Position numbers and translations under genes: made by a program
Notes under the pieces: model-generated
The model's input: the letters and a program-made list of their open reading frames with translations, nothing else
Told to the model about the DNA's origin: nothing
Databases searched by the model: none
Shown: piece after piece, positions 40,452-54,199 of the stretch
How the letters are laid out: every line of letters begins with the position of its first letter
Numbering within the stretch: the first letter of the stretch is position 1
NCBI GenBank assembly: GCA_001938485.1
Contig: MQRK01173128.1
Coordinates: forward strand, 1-63,973
Direction: 5' to 3'
Length of the DNA: 63,973 bases
From: Girardia tigrina
Lineage: Eukaryota

Positions 40452-41470
40452 CTTCGAATTAAAAATATATTATTAAAATTTGAAATAGTACTAATAAGTA
40501 AAGATTATAATTACAATTATTATAATTATCAATATTATTATTACTATTGCTTAAGTAATCATTTTGAGATATATTTTATTAAAAATAAAAATTAATATAT
40601 AATTCCATTTGTTTCAGTGATAAGCTACTGATAAATCACTGATAACATTTAAAAAAGCGAATTTTTGTAGCTTCTTTAGCTAATATAATTTTTTAATTTA
40701 ATTTTTATTTTGACGGATTTATTTCCATCTTGATGTAGTTGATACAGTAAAAAAGAGATTATTAATAATTGAAAAATAAACTTCAAATACAAAAGAAAAA
40801 AATAATTTCTTTACAATATAACATGGATGTTGCAACAAATAAACACATTCTTAAACAGAAAATACCAGACGTTTGTACATTGATTTTAGAATAATGAGAA
40901 ACTTAAAATGTGTTTTTGGACTCTTCAATATTTGATCCGAACACCAAATCAAAGGAGTAGATGATATATTTAATGGGTAAGAGTAATTATTTTAAGCATA
41001 GCAAAAATTAAAATTATTGTGAAGCGTTGTGTGAAGTGTTGTTAATAAGGTCTACTGATCGTAAGATCGATGCTCAAACGCACTGTCAACCAATTTGTTT
41101 TTTCGATTTATTTTTCGTAATAGATTACAAAAGATTTTGTGGCATCTTCAGTTCTGTATTTAAGTCAAAAGTAATTTTTTATATATTAAGGTTGTGTCAC
41201 AACATTACAACAATTCAAAAGTCAAATCAATCAATGCCAACCGACATGAAATCCAGCGTCAATATCCAAAATAAGAACAAACAAAAACTTTAAGAATAAT
41301 TCGAAATAAAAAACAAAAACAAGATTACTATTTCAAAAAAAATGTAAATAAAAAAAACAAAAAACTATTACACTGAAGCCGTGATATAAACCAAAGACAT
41401 ATATCATGAAAAACTATTTTAAAACCAATTTGTTAAAATAATAAAACAATTTCGAACGATTTGAATTGTA

Positions 41471-41820
41471 CAGGGTGGGCCAAAAGTAGAGTTACAGTTG
41501 CTTCATTATCTGTTTCGCCTTCACAATCCCGTTTAGATATAAATTATAGAAAATATTACTGAACTCTTATTCTATGTTACATACTCATGTCTTAAAAACG
41601 TAATACATTTTATAAATTTGTTTTTTATTTACAGGAACCCTGAACTGTGAACAATGGCAAATAATTACAATACAGAGCAAATAAAGTGGATATTAAAGCA
41701 GTATTGGAAATTGGAAAATGCCGAGCATGTGCGCACAGCTTGGCAAAAAGCCTTTCAAACTCCTCCACCTTCACGCAAGACAATTTATCACATAAGGGAT
41801 AAATTTGAATAGACAAGACC
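41471..41820 (+). mobile_element. rosa/DD41D-like element 5' end
   Basis: TACAGGGTGGGCCAAAAGT terminus; MANNYNTEQIKWILKQYWKLENAEHVRTAWQKAFQTPPPSRKTIYHIRDKFE HTH. Confidence 0.75.
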
Positions 41821-42838
41821 TTCCAAAATAGTGACCATTAACTCATAATGTGTTACGTCAAAATACTCAAATATCATTTGAAGAATCACTTTGCACATTT
41901 GAACTAGGTTTATAAAAATTTATTAACAGTGCTTCAGTAATTGTCCCTTAATAATTGTGATCAAAGTTACTAACCAAAACCTGAAAATCATTATCATACA
42001 CCCTCCTCTGAGATACATGATATTTCACTATGTGATCCAAAATTGAGTTTTTTCTACTTGATTGGGTAGGTTCTGCAAATCTTGTTCGGAGGTGACCATT
42101 TGTCACCTGCAATGTTTAAGGATTCGTCCCTTCCGTACAAAAATTGCAAATATCACTAAGAAATTTGAATTAAATAAGTTTGTTTGTTGAATTTATAAAT
42201 TTATCAAGTAATATTTTTATTAACTATAATTGTTAATACTTTATTATTAATAATAATCATCTTATTTTTAGTGTTTTTCCAAGTGAATTTTTTATAAAAT
42301 AATTATTTAATAAATAAATATTATATGAAATTGTTAAATACCAGATCTTTCAAAATATTTTTAATCAATTTAATGGAAAATAAATTTCGTTTTAAGTAAC
42401 AATTTAAAATTAATTTTTGAAAAATGTTGTAAACTTTCAGCTTTACATTCGGATTTTGCCGGCACATAAAAGATAAAAAGTTTTTTTGTAGAGGAAAAAA
42501 TGAAATATTTTTCTTATCTTATTCTAGTTTGTTTATTTATCAACTTAATTAAAATAAGAATATAAATCATTTGGTTTATTATATAATTTATAAATAAAAA
42601 AACCAATTTTATGCACATTATAAATTGTTTTTATTTTGAAATTAATCAATTTTGACAAGAAAATATTGATGTAGTCATTTTAAGCAGCATTTTATTATAA
42701 TATCTATAATAATTTTATTATTTATCCATAAAAATATAATTTTATAATTAATACATTTTTTCATTTTTAATTTTAATAAAAATATAAATTTTATTTCGAT
42801 AAATCAGAATTAGAAGTTTTTTTTCAGCAAATCATAAC

Positions 42839-42928
42839 AATTAACATTTCGTCTGTTCCAGGTTGCCCCAAAGACCGAACCGAGGTAGCAGAGGAGCAAT
42901 TAAGGTGCTCGGGCGTTTCGTGATCATT
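42839..42928 (-). CDS. candidate upstream exon of the KH gene
   Basis: Isolated GC-rich 90-nt open frame CCTAG|NDHETPEHLNCSSATSVRSLGQPGTDEMLI|GTTATG; phase 0-0, compatible with exon 40451. Confidence 0.35.
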
Positions 42929-44179
42929 CTAGGTACATTTTATATTTAACTTGAGATTATTTGTTCTATTCAACAGTTTTTAAATAATCATAATCAAGGA
43001 AATTTTTTAATTCGAGAAAATTGATTTATTTTGAAAGATCAAATAAATAAATAAAATAAAAAATATTTATTGTTTTTAAATCAAAATCAAAATAAATTCA
43101 CTCACACCACAAATCGCAACGAAAATAATAGATCGTTTTAAAATCTGTATTCAACAAAATTTTAAATGTGAAACTCGACAAAAATAAATCAGAAATCGAA
43201 ATTTTAATTTGAAATTAGCAATAAAATTAGAAAATGAAAGTGATTTCAAAAATCACATTTTTTTCTGTCTACTCACTCTGATTGGTTAACCAATGAGTCA
43301 CATGATTCATTGAATAAATATCACAAAGACTTCTTTGTTCGGGATTCAAATCCATAAAAATAATAAATAAATTTTCAATTGTATTAATTAAATCTAATTA
43401 TGTCTTCATATTACATATATATGTGTGTGTGCATGTATATGTATGTGTAGTGGCCTATCTAATCAGCAATATATTCATAATTACTTAAAAATTAAATATT
43501 TATATATTTGATTTTTTATTATTTATCTGTCATTTATTTATTAAACAAATCATTATTTATTTATATATTATAGTCTTGTATTATTTATATGATAATAAAA
43601 TAACCAATATCCCAATGGGATATGAATTAAAAAGAAAATTAATGGTGTATGTAAACATTTCGAATTTGTTTGTGTTGATTATTAATTATATTAATGGTTT
43701 TTTGAAACATTTTGTAACAAGAACTCATTCAAATTTATTTGTGTCGCTTCGTCACTCTTTCAGTTTATCTCATTTGTGTTTTAAACAATCATTCGAGTTC
43801 AAAAGAAGACTATTTTTAGAGAACTAGAGTTGCTATCAATAAGATGTAACAACTGTATTGACGTAAAAAGAGATTAGATAGAAAAATAGAATGTTCATTT
43901 TTATTTTCAACAATTTTATTTTTATATATTTAGATTTGAGAAACTCTTACTTTACCCACTTTCAATGTTAAATAATGGTTAGAGTGTATTATCGGTAATG
44001 ATTCTCAGCATGACAGCTCGTAATGTATATCAAAACCCTTTCATGGGACAGAAAACCTATCCTTTGAAATAAAAGATATTTTTTTTACAAAGTAAACAAT
44101 AATCAAAATTTTACTCGATCGACTCTTTTGGGAATGTTCCCTAATCTGGGTTTTAAGATGAAGATTATGTACCTTCAAT

Positions 44180-44700
44180 GTGGACCTCCCATTTCTATAA
44201 TGGTATTGAACCTCTTTTGAAGGTTAATCCAAACCAAAAGGTGTTTAGGCCCCTCCAAATACGCCTTCTACGAAGACGTCAGACTTACGCATCTGAGTCT
44301 TCTTTGACATTTTGATTAGTAACGACCAATCCTGACCTTATATTCCTTTCAATGTGTTCAAAGACTTCAAGCAACCGGGAAACAGAAATCTAAATTCTTT
44401 GTTGCATATATTCCTAAACTTTGGATCCGAAAATGCGTATCGGTATCTGTATTTACCATTTCTATCTCACTGGCATTTGGATGCTCTGAAAGTAGTAGAT
44501 TATCTTATATAGGTTCGTCTAATAACTGCTCTTTTCTGTATAGCTGGATTCTTTTGGTATCAAAGATTCTATTATGATCTCATTTTCTCTAAGCTTATGG
44601 TCGTTTTTTAGGTTGAGTTCTTTACATCAAACTGCGTTACATGTCTTTGAGCGAAGGTTAAGGTATTTCTGTTTCACGATGTTTTTGAAACAATCAGCGA
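44180..44700 (-). mobile_element. decayed copy of the hairpin-repeat/zinc-finger element seen at 63598-63973
   Basis: GTGGACCTCCCATTTCTATAATGGTATTGAACCTC matches 63858-63895; minus strand EFRFLFPGCLKSLNTLKGI..DWS resembles QFKCPFRGCYASTVTANGM..GWS. Confidence 0.7.
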
Positions 44701-44988
44701 GATTTTTCACTCCTCATAATTAAATTTATAAAATAGATTAACTTTCAATCCATTTAATCGTTATCTATTTATTTAAAAGGAAACTTTCGACTTTGGATGT
44801 CATATGAAAACACTTAGACAATATCGATTTTTGCAAGAATATACTTTTGCACAATCGAGTAGGTCGAGTAGGTCGAGTGGATGCATATCTCTTCTATTTC
44901 TAAAGATAAGGTTTCTGTTCTAAAGAAGGTCTATCATTGAAATTATAAGTGGCAGTTCCGTAAATCATTATTAATAAGATTATATATC

Positions 44989-45039
<51 letters not shown>

Positions 45040-45477
45040 AAATTTGGCTTAAACAAATAAATCACCGAATTTTCTTTTAGAATTTCTCTTTTTCTATAAT
45101 TAAGTATTTCAATGAGATATTCATATCTTTTTTTATCAGTATTTTCAGTATAAATATTATTGCTTCTTTTATTTTTTGCCCGATAAAAAATTTCCTTTTC
45201 CGTCACATTGCACATGAAACGCTAAAATGACTGATAAGATAAATGTTATGATTTTAATAATTTATATTTTTGAATTTTAATTGCAAACGTTTACTTTAAT
45301 TTTTTTAATTAAATATTTTTTAAAATATTTATTTAAAATAAATTTTTTAATTTTTTTGGCAAGCTTTTTAATTAAAGCTAAAAAAAGAAAAACATTTTAA
45401 AAATATTTATTTAAAGTATATTTTAAAAGTATATTTTGTGGAATAATTTTGAATATATTTTAAAGTATAAGTAAATA

Positions 45478-46831
45478 TTAGGTTGGTCGAAAAATAATGG
45501 AAGTTTCGGGACACAAACTTTCAAGATGTGCAAATTCACAGAAACAAAAGTTTATTAATCAAAGTATGAACCGTTGGCATCAATACATTTTTGCCAACGA
45601 GAAACAAGTTGTTTTATTCCATTAGCATAAAATGCATCGGTTCTCGAAGCGACAAATTCTTGGAAGGCATTTTGAGCATCATTTTGGTTTTTGAAAGTTT
45701 TTCACGTAGAAAGTTGTACAAATGCCTGAAAAAGTAGAAGTCGGTTGAAGAGAGGTCTGGTGAATATGGTGGATGAGGCAGGGTTTCATAGCCCAACTCA
45801 TTAAGCTTTTGAAGAGTCACTTTTGAAATATGAGGTCTAGCGTTATCATGAAGAAGGATGGGACTTTTTCGATTGACCCGGACAAAGGGTTTTCATTTTG
45901 TTATGCATTTCATCAATTTCATGACAGTACCTCTCCACTGTGATTGTTTCACCTGGATTCAAGAAACTATAGTGGATGATTCCAGCATCACACCACCAAA
46001 CTGTCACCATAATCTTAGGGGGTGTTAGTTTCGGTTTTTGAAAGTGTTTCGGTACTTCATCTTTGTCCAACCTCTGTGCAGATCGACGTCGATTATCATA
46101 CAGGATTCATTTCTCATCACAGGTAACAATACGATCAAGAAATGGATCGTTTTTATTGCGAAGATGATTGGCAGAACAAATTTCATAGCGTCGGTTCTTT
46201 TGATTTTCATTNNNNNNNNNNNNNNNNNNNNNNNNNNNNNNNNNNNNNNNNNNNNNNNNNNGTCGGTTCTTTTGATTTTCATTCAAATCATGTGGAACCC
46301 ATTTATCAAGTTTCTTGATTTTTCCAAGTTGTTTTAAATGATCCAGGACTGTTGAAAGACTAATGCCCAACCCATCTGCACGTTACCTAATTGTTGTACG
46401 GTGATCTGTTTCCATCATTGTCTTCAAATTGTTGTTGTTCACAGCAACTGGACGACCACGACCTTCTTCATCTTCAAGGTTTTCATCTCCATCAGAAAAT
46501 TTTCGGAACCATCGTTGCACTGTGAGCTCAGAAGCTGTTCCCTTGCCAAACGNNNNNNNNNNNNNNNNNNNNNNNNNNNNNNNNNNNNNNNNNNNNNNNN
46601 NNAATTCGTACAAGAAAATTGCTCGAATTTTAATTTTTTCCATTATTAATTTAGCACCGTAAATATTCTAAAAAATAACAGCAATATGTTAATAATGGCT
46701 ACAGGAATATACAGCTAGGCAAAAGATTTCAAATAATATCTAACACTAATGCATTTAAACTTATATACATATAAAAGTAGATAAACAAAGTATAAAGCTC
46801 AAAAACCGCCATTATTTTTCGACCAACCTAA
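45478..46831 (-). mobile_element. full-length defective mariner (cecropia subfamily, Hsmar1-like)
   Basis: TIRs TTAGGTTGGTCGAAAAATAATGG at both ends, TA flanks; IRAIFLYE, KKLDKWVPHDL, FLDRIVTCDEK, HPPYSPDLS. Confidence 0.95.
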
Positions 46832-47868
46832 TATTAAAATTATTTTTTTTTAAATTAATAAAAGTATTAAATTAAATATATTTAAAAAGGAATTAAATGG
46901 AGGACGAAAAGAATACAATAAAAGAGGTAGTCGGAACGTGTATTGAATGTCAACAAACAAAAGAAGAAATCTAGAAAATATCTGCATCAGAAGCATTCAA
47001 GAAGATATAAAATAAGTATTTGTGGATCGTGGAATGAAAGGATACGAAGAGAAAGATGCATTTTCGGAATTTAGATCATTTTAGTAAATATGTGAGTCTG
47101 ACACAAATTAAAAGACAATAAGATGAAACTATATTACAAACGATATTATAAAAATGGATACTAAAGTTCGGAGCCCCGAAGGAGATGTATGTTGACTGTG
47201 GAAAGTGATTTGAAGCGAAAAAGGTTAAAGAAATGTTTGAATCAAAGGACACTAAAATGATTTTCTCAAGTTCGTATCATTATAATACAAATGGGATGAT
47301 GGAGGATAATTCCGAACAATACGAAAATTCATACAAGCAAGCCTTAAAGAAAGAAATGACACAAGTATGGCAGACATGTTACCGGAAGTAGAATTCACAA
47401 AAAATGCAATTAAACAAGAGACGATAAGATGCAGTCCAGCAGAAGTACTTTTTGGTAGAAAATAGATAGACAACAATGGTATGAAGACAAGAAAACAGGC
47501 AGAGAGGAAATACGACAAAAATTAAAAGAAAAGTACAATCCTGAAGAAAAAGTGACTCGAAGAATATTCAAGGTAAGTGACATCGTGTGGGTTAAAAATG
47601 AAATAAGAATAAAAGAAAATAGATTCGAGGGCCCATTTGAAATAATAGAGCAAATTAACGAAAGAAGTTATAGACTAAAAGACAAGCGTGGCAAACAGAT
47701 AATATGTAGTGCTGAGATATTTAAAAATCTAAAAAAAGGGGAGTGTGAGGATCTTGGGAAGCTTTTTAATTAAAGCTACAAAAAGAACAACATTTTAAAT
47801 TAATTTATTTAAAGTATATTTTAAAAGTATATTTTTAAGTTAAGTAAATATTAAAACAGAAATGTTTA

Positions 47869-48354
47869 TATTAAGAACACCAACATGGCTTTTCAAACTT
47901 TTATTTTCATTACAATCAGAATTGTTTTTTGGACAACTCTCAGCAAAACTCTCGTCATTCGACATCGTTCTAAATTGATAATTTTTNNNNNNNNNNNNNN
48001 NNNNNNNNNNNNNNNNNNNNNNNNNNNNNNNNNNNNNNNNNNNNNNNNNNNNNNNNNNNNNNNNNNNNNNNNNNNNNNNNNNNNNNNNNNNNNNNNNNNN
48101 NNNNNNNNNNNNNNNNNNNNNNNNNNNNNNNNNNNNNNNNNNNNNNNNNNNNNNNNNNNNNNNNNNNNNNNNNNNNNNNNNNNNNNNNNNNNNNNNNNNN
48201 NNNNNNNNNNNNNNNNNNNNNNNNNNNNNNATCGTGAACATCTAAAATATCAATTTTCCATCTGGGTGGGAGAAACACATTTCCAAATACTAAACTCAAC
48301 ATACAAAAATCAACAAACCAATTTCAACATACCAAATTTAAAATATTCCTCACA
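47869..48354 (-). mobile_element. solo LTR with TG...TA termini and 5-bp TSD GTTTA
   Basis: GTTTA|TATTAAGA ... TCCTCACA|GTTTA (TSD 47864-47868 and 48355-48359); contains an N gap. Confidence 0.85.
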
Positions 48355-51300
48355 GTTTAGATTTTTAAATTAATAAAAGTATTAAATTAAATAGATTTAA
48401 AAACGAATTAAATTTAAAGTAGTTGGTAAATTAAATAGTTTTGAAAACAAATTAAATTTAACAGCTTAAGAATAGTTAAACAGACTTTAATAAAGTTTTT
48501 GAAAGTAAATACAATAGGAATAAAAATAAATATCATAATAAATATTAAAATTAACGAAATTTATTAAAATGTTCGTTTAAAAGAAATAACAATATATTAA
48601 AAAAATACAAAATTAATATAAAATATAAACTATTTGAAAATAGTTTATAATTTAAATAGTTTTTAAATTGAAAAATTTTATAAAATTAGAGATAGTACGA
48701 AATTTCGAAAATGATAAATCTGTATATTATTATTTATAATTATTTTAATTTTATTGGTTTGTGCAAGAAAAATTTTAAAAAAATCGTTCCTCAGAAATTT
48801 AATTAGTAAAATTTGTTTGAATAATGTAAATATTATTGATATTTTATTTGATTTGACTTTTATTAACGATAGATAAACAAAAATCCAAAAAATAAAATTC
48901 ATCATATTTCATTTATTATTTGATAAAAGAAAATATATTATTTTATTAAATAATATATCCGTTGAAGAATATTTTAAACAATCACAACATTATAATTAAT
49001 TTTGGGACATGTTTCATTTAATATTGTCTATGGTTGAATTAGTAAAAGGAAGGTCTGTTTGATTAAGTATTTTACTTGCATTTTTAATAGCCAGATGTAA
49101 TTTATATTTCCCCGGGGAGCTTCTTTAGATTTAGATTTCCAATATTTATGTCAAATTTCGAACATCGATTTACACTTAAAGTAAATATTTCCATATTATT
49201 AAAATGGAATAATTCAATTTTAATTTCCACTTCCGCTGACAAAATGAGCTCTAATGGCGTAATTTCAATGCAATACATCCTTTAGTTACTTCGTTAAATT
49301 TAATATTATTTAGTTTCTTTAGTTTTTCTATCTCATTAGTATAAACTCTTTCGGGGCGAATAATGTGCTATTATTTTTCTACATTTCCGGTACGATTTAA
49401 GTATTATTTTGTAAAAATGTGCAATTAATATTTTTTTCATAATTATACCTTATATGATGCTCAAAGGCGAAGGAAATTAAAAAGTTTTTGCGAAATGTTA
49501 CGATTATAAGAATTTTCCAACATTTATTTAACATATCCAATTATACAATAATTTGAATTTGTCACAAAAATTTCTGAATATTAAAACACAGGAGATTTTA
49601 TTAAGAATACTTTGGATCCATTAATATATTATAATTATAAATAGAAATATGTTATTATAAATATTTATATACATCTAATTATCCTCACAACGATGGTGTT
49701 TGAGAGATGCTTATATTGTGCTGTAAAATAATTTATTATTAATAAAAGTACTATGTCATGCAATGAAATTAAAAAACATAAAATTTTAAGAGAATGATTT
49801 TTTTTAATATTATTACAATTACTTGTTTCCGTAATAATAAAAATAATTGACCGTAACATTAAATTAATGAAAACAATTTGTTTTAATAATGAAATAAATG
49901 TAAACAGTTTAAAAATAAGTCGATAATAAGTAATGAGTCACCTTTTATAGATAAAGAAAACAAATCGTCAGTATTGATCACATTTCAATATATTTTTTTT
50001 AATTCACACCAAATATTATCAATCAAATTTAAATGAGGTGATTGTGGTGGCCAATCAGTCATAAAGTTTTTTGTACTCTTCGATCGATAACACGTAAAAG
50101 AACATTAATTCGTCATTCAAGACACATTTATAATAAAGCTGAAATTGCATTATGTAAAAAGCAAATCAACATTCTTTCACCATTTGCCTTAATGACTCCC
50201 AATACCATTATACTTTTCAATCATGTTTGACGATTTTTATAGTACATGGCTATCTTCGTTGTTGTCCAAGCAATATTCTTATATAAAGTCATCTTGTTGG
50301 TTTAAGTTAGATATTACATCCGTCAAAAATTCTTTTGATCATTGTTTTTTAGTCCACAAGCCGTAGTTTGTTGTTTATTTTTATTGTTTCCTAATTTGTT
50401 ATTGTGTTAAAAGTAGAAATTAAGCTGCAACACGACCAAATAATTAATGTTTCCGTAATATAGATTTTCCAGTTTTAATAATCGATTTTTTTCTACTGGT
50501 TTTCGTAAATTTCTTGCCATCAAAAATGGTTTCATTTACTTATTCTATGCTAATTACATAACACTTTTCTGTGTAACTTCGTCTTCTTTCAGTTTTTATT
50601 TTATTTTTTATAATTTTTGAAAATTCATATTTCTTAAGGATGTATTGAACTGCCTGTTTTCATTACAGATATATATATATATTATTTTTTTGCTATAAAA
50701 CGCTGAGAATACCCTTCTTTTGCTATTGATATAACCATCTAACGAATCTGTAATAAACTTTTTGACTTTTCTAAAAATGCTGAATTCGAAGTAATAGCAA
50801 TCTATTTGTATATTATTTTGCATTACAAAATAGTAAGTATGGCTAATTTTATATTGAAAATACATAAACTATTTAGAATATAAATGTCTAATACACTAAA
50901 AACCAAACTTATAAAAGGAGGTTCATTGCTCACTATCGACTGATTTTTTAACAATTTATATTTCATTAATAAAAATATTTGTTTCCATTAATATAAAACT
51001 TTGATCCTTTTTTATTATTACGAAAAGAAGAAGTAATTAAATTAAAATTAAAAAAAATTTTAAATAATTATTTTCTCTAAAAATTGTATTGATTTAATTT
51101 TTTGTTTGGTGGTTCATTGTATAAATGACTTTCCAGATATGCTCAACAATTATTTCAAATACTTTAATAATTATTGGAATCTTTTTAAGAATAATTAAAA
51201 TAGTTTAATAGAAAATAAGATATTGCAAAACATTGAGAAATTTCTCTGTAGGCAAAAACAAAATGAGTAGTCAAAGATTTGCTCACAGTTAGCGCTTTTT

Positions 51301-51522
51301 AAGTCTTTGAATATATAAACTCATACTAATATAATTTTTCAAGTCAAAAATAAATTTTCGATTAGATTAATAAATGAGGAATGTTGGAAATAAATATTTA
51401 AAGTTATATATTTGAAATCTTTGGATCATCTATAAATATTATATTGTGATAAATTCTGACATCTTCTATCATAAATTTGAGATCACGAATTCCTTTTTTT
51501 CGGAACAAGAAGATCTAATTTA

Positions 51523-52063
51523 CAGGTTTGACTCAAAAACTTCTGCTGATGAATAAAGCTTTCTAAGATTAGTTCTATGCATTCGCGGTTAATGAAATTT
51601 TTACCATGTACTCTTCAGTAGTTTTGTTAACATTCTTTTGTTAAAGTTTTCACAATTTGCACAGAACTTTTTTTTGTTTTTTGTTTTTCTAGTGAGTATT
51701 TGTACAGAAAATGCTCACAAAAGAAGATTACTCAGCTTTGTCTCAACATTCTTGAACATCCACCATACTCGCCATACTCGCCAGACTTGGCCTTCTCGGA
51801 TTATTACCTTTTTCGACCAATGAAATCTGCCTTGCAAGGACAGGATTACGCTAGTTCATCTGCTGTAATACACGATATTCAACAATGGGCTGACTTAAAA
51901 CCGCAGCAATTCTTCCAGCATCAACAAGTTACCGGGAAGGTGGAAACGATGCATTGAGCATGATGGTGAATATTTTGAAAACTTATGTGACGTTGATGAT
52001 TAAATATTTTGTTGATATTCATTTCTTATTGAAATTTCGGCAGAAACTTTTGAGCCAAACCTG
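51523..52063 (+). mobile_element. internally deleted mariner
   Basis: TA|CAGGTTTGACTCAAAA ... TTTTGAGCCAAACCTG|TA; HPPYSPYSPDLAFSDYYLF. Confidence 0.9.
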
Positions 52064-52121
52064 TAACTGAGCGAAATTATCTCAAATGACTGCCTAAAAT
52101 TGTTATACATATGAACTATAT

Positions 52122-53332
52122 TTTGGATTGAAAACTGATGACGAAAATAAATTTTGTCCTCGCGAAATCTGTTACAATTTAATAAAAATGGGTCGTTTTC
52201 ATTAATTTAACCGCAATTTTTTTCCATTATTCTTCTCCAACAAGGTTGCAATGAGAAAATTCTGCGGCGATAGAAATCTGGTGTTTTCAGGTAGAAAAAA
52301 CCTTTGAAGGGCCTGTACCATGTGTTCATCTTCAATGAAGCAGCGTCCTTGAAGGAAATTTTACAGTAACCGGAAAAGATGATAATTGGATGGGGACTCT
52401 TCTGAGACATATGATGGGCGCTAAAAAACATCCTAACCAAATTGTTCAAGTTTTTGGTGCGTCCGGCGTTAAACATGAGGTCTGGCGTTTTCTTGTTTAA
52501 AACAAAAGTGAGCCGCATGGATACAAAAAACATTCAAAGCTACCTAAGCACGATCTTATTGAGTGAAATAAACTTCATAAATGAGAATTTGATACTATAG
52601 AAGAAGCTCCTTTTAAATATGTCCCATTTCTGACATCACATTTCTGAAGCGGATAACTTGGTAGTGTCTGTTTTTCAAGTTGACTTTAACTCCCCCATTG
52701 GTTTTTGACTTACCGGTTGTCGCAGATAACCCACTTCTCATCACACGTCAAATAATCCACCCCCAATGAAATTGTGGAATGGACGAGAAAAGTCGTTACC
52801 TCGACAATTTTTAAAATTTTTTTTGAGTTCTTAACCACATTTATGTTTCTTATTCATTTTCTGAATGTCTCGAACAATGGTTGCATGGGAAGTTTGAAGT
52901 TCAACGGCCAGTTTGCGTGTTGTTTAGATCCGATCCGCTTCGATGGAATGACGTAGCGCTGATTATCAATGGTTGTTGGGCGTTCAGAGAGCTTTTTGTC
53001 TTTACGATGCGTTTGACCGGAGCGGAATTTCACATACCATCGTAACTATGTCCTTTCAGTCATGTTGCTTGCGCAAATGTTTTTACATACTTCCGTTGCA
53101 CTTCGACCAAGTTTTAATTCATAGAAAATCAGGTTGCGCATTTATCACATGTTTTAACTTTTTAACTTGTTCCTAAAATCAATAAAATTTTATAGAAAAT
53201 ACTATACAATGCGAATATTATATCAAAATGCTTCTAAAAATATATAATGTATATAAAATTCATATGACACAAAATTAAATTTAAAAATTTACAGTTTTTT
53301 AAATAACTGACAAAACTTTCTTTCCACACTAA
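52122..53332 (-). mobile_element. decayed near full-length mariner
   Basis: NARPH and PSYVSEESPSNYHLF-like motifs; end GACAAAACTTTCTTTCCACACTAA similar to 17985-18006. Confidence 0.75.
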
Positions 53333-53795
53333 TAAAAGACCATGAAACATTAATTGTAGAGTTTCATGTAAATTAAGACATTATAAAAACTAAACGAATC
53401 AAACCACAGAAAGGACGTCTTGCATGAAAAAATATTTATTAATTTAATGGTTTACTTATCATGATTTATGGGTCTGAAGGGAAAAGTTCAGTTCAAATGT
53501 CGGCTTATTTAACAGACAAAGAAAAACATAATTTTTTATCTTGAAAATGTCTTATTCGACATTTGTCACTTACAGCACTTTAATGAAAGACCCACCCGTA
53601 AAAGATAAAAATAGAGTTTTTGACACGTCTGGCTAGTTTCAATAAATAATTGGTTGTTAGGAATTCGCCCCGTCGCAAAGACTTACGAACATGATTACAA
53701 AAATTAAATTTCTAATTTAAATACATAAAATTTTGGTTTTCGTGAAAAAAAGTTGAGAATTTTTTTTAGTTTATTTTACGTTTTCCTTTCCACTT

Positions 53796-54199
53796 TATTA
53801 ACAACAATATGAGTTTTGCAACAATTATTATTATCACAAGCGCATTTACTATTTGACATCTCTCTTGATCAATTTATTTCTGAGTTATTATTTTCAATAA
53901 ATGAAAATCTGTTAATAAAAATTATTAATTATAAAGAATGTAATTAGTTGAAATTAAATCTAAACATTTTTAAAAAAGAACAATATTAAATTAATATATT
54001 AAAATTTTAAATTACATTAAAAAATAAATAATACATTCAAAAATTATTTTAAATCTTTTTACTTTAAAATTAAATTAAATTATTTTTAATTAGTAAGAAT
54101 CAAAGAAAATACCAATCATCCATCTGTGTAGGAGAGGCACAATCCGAATCAACACACAACATGCACAATATCAACACACAATTCAAAACATTCCTCACA
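53796..54199 (-). mobile_element. solo LTR with TG...TA termini and 5-bp TSD CACTT
   Basis: CACTT|TATTAACAAC ... TTCCTCACA|CACTT; same family as 24790-25111. Confidence 0.9.

Larger units (their letters stand above)
45355..48420 (+). mobile_element. deleted Ty3/gypsy element: LTR-like copy, integrase remnant (46898-47730), PPT (47731-47743), 3' LTR from 47744
   Basis: KWILKFGAPKEMYVDCGK, FEGPFEIIEQINERSYRL; AAAAAAAGGGGAG|TGTGAGG; 45357-45477 plus 46832-46897 repeat 47757-47860 plus 48360-48412. Confidence 0.8.

Noticed and set aside
42855-42930. Resemblance to SRP (7SL) RNA words CCAGGTTGCC, GAACCG, GGAGCA
   Set aside because: Helix 8 (CAGG-nn-GNRA-nn-AGCA) cannot form and there is no Alu domain; an open spliceable frame on the other strand explains the GC island better.
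46189-46283. Duplicated NENQKNR segment in the cecropia mariner
   Set aside because: The identical sequence flanks an N gap, consistent with an unmerged contig overlap.
49288-49370. HIIRPERVYTNEIEKLKKLNNIKFNE|GTAACT as the missing KH1 exon
   Set aside because: The same frame continues upstream as LNRTGNVEK**H..RP, typical of a decayed Tc1 N-terminus; beta3 of KH is too short and the acceptor is purine-rich.
52125-52180. CTGATGA...CGAAA hammerhead-like core
   Set aside because: There is no stem I, the stem II base is mismatched, stem III is not palindromic, and it lies in a mariner terminus.
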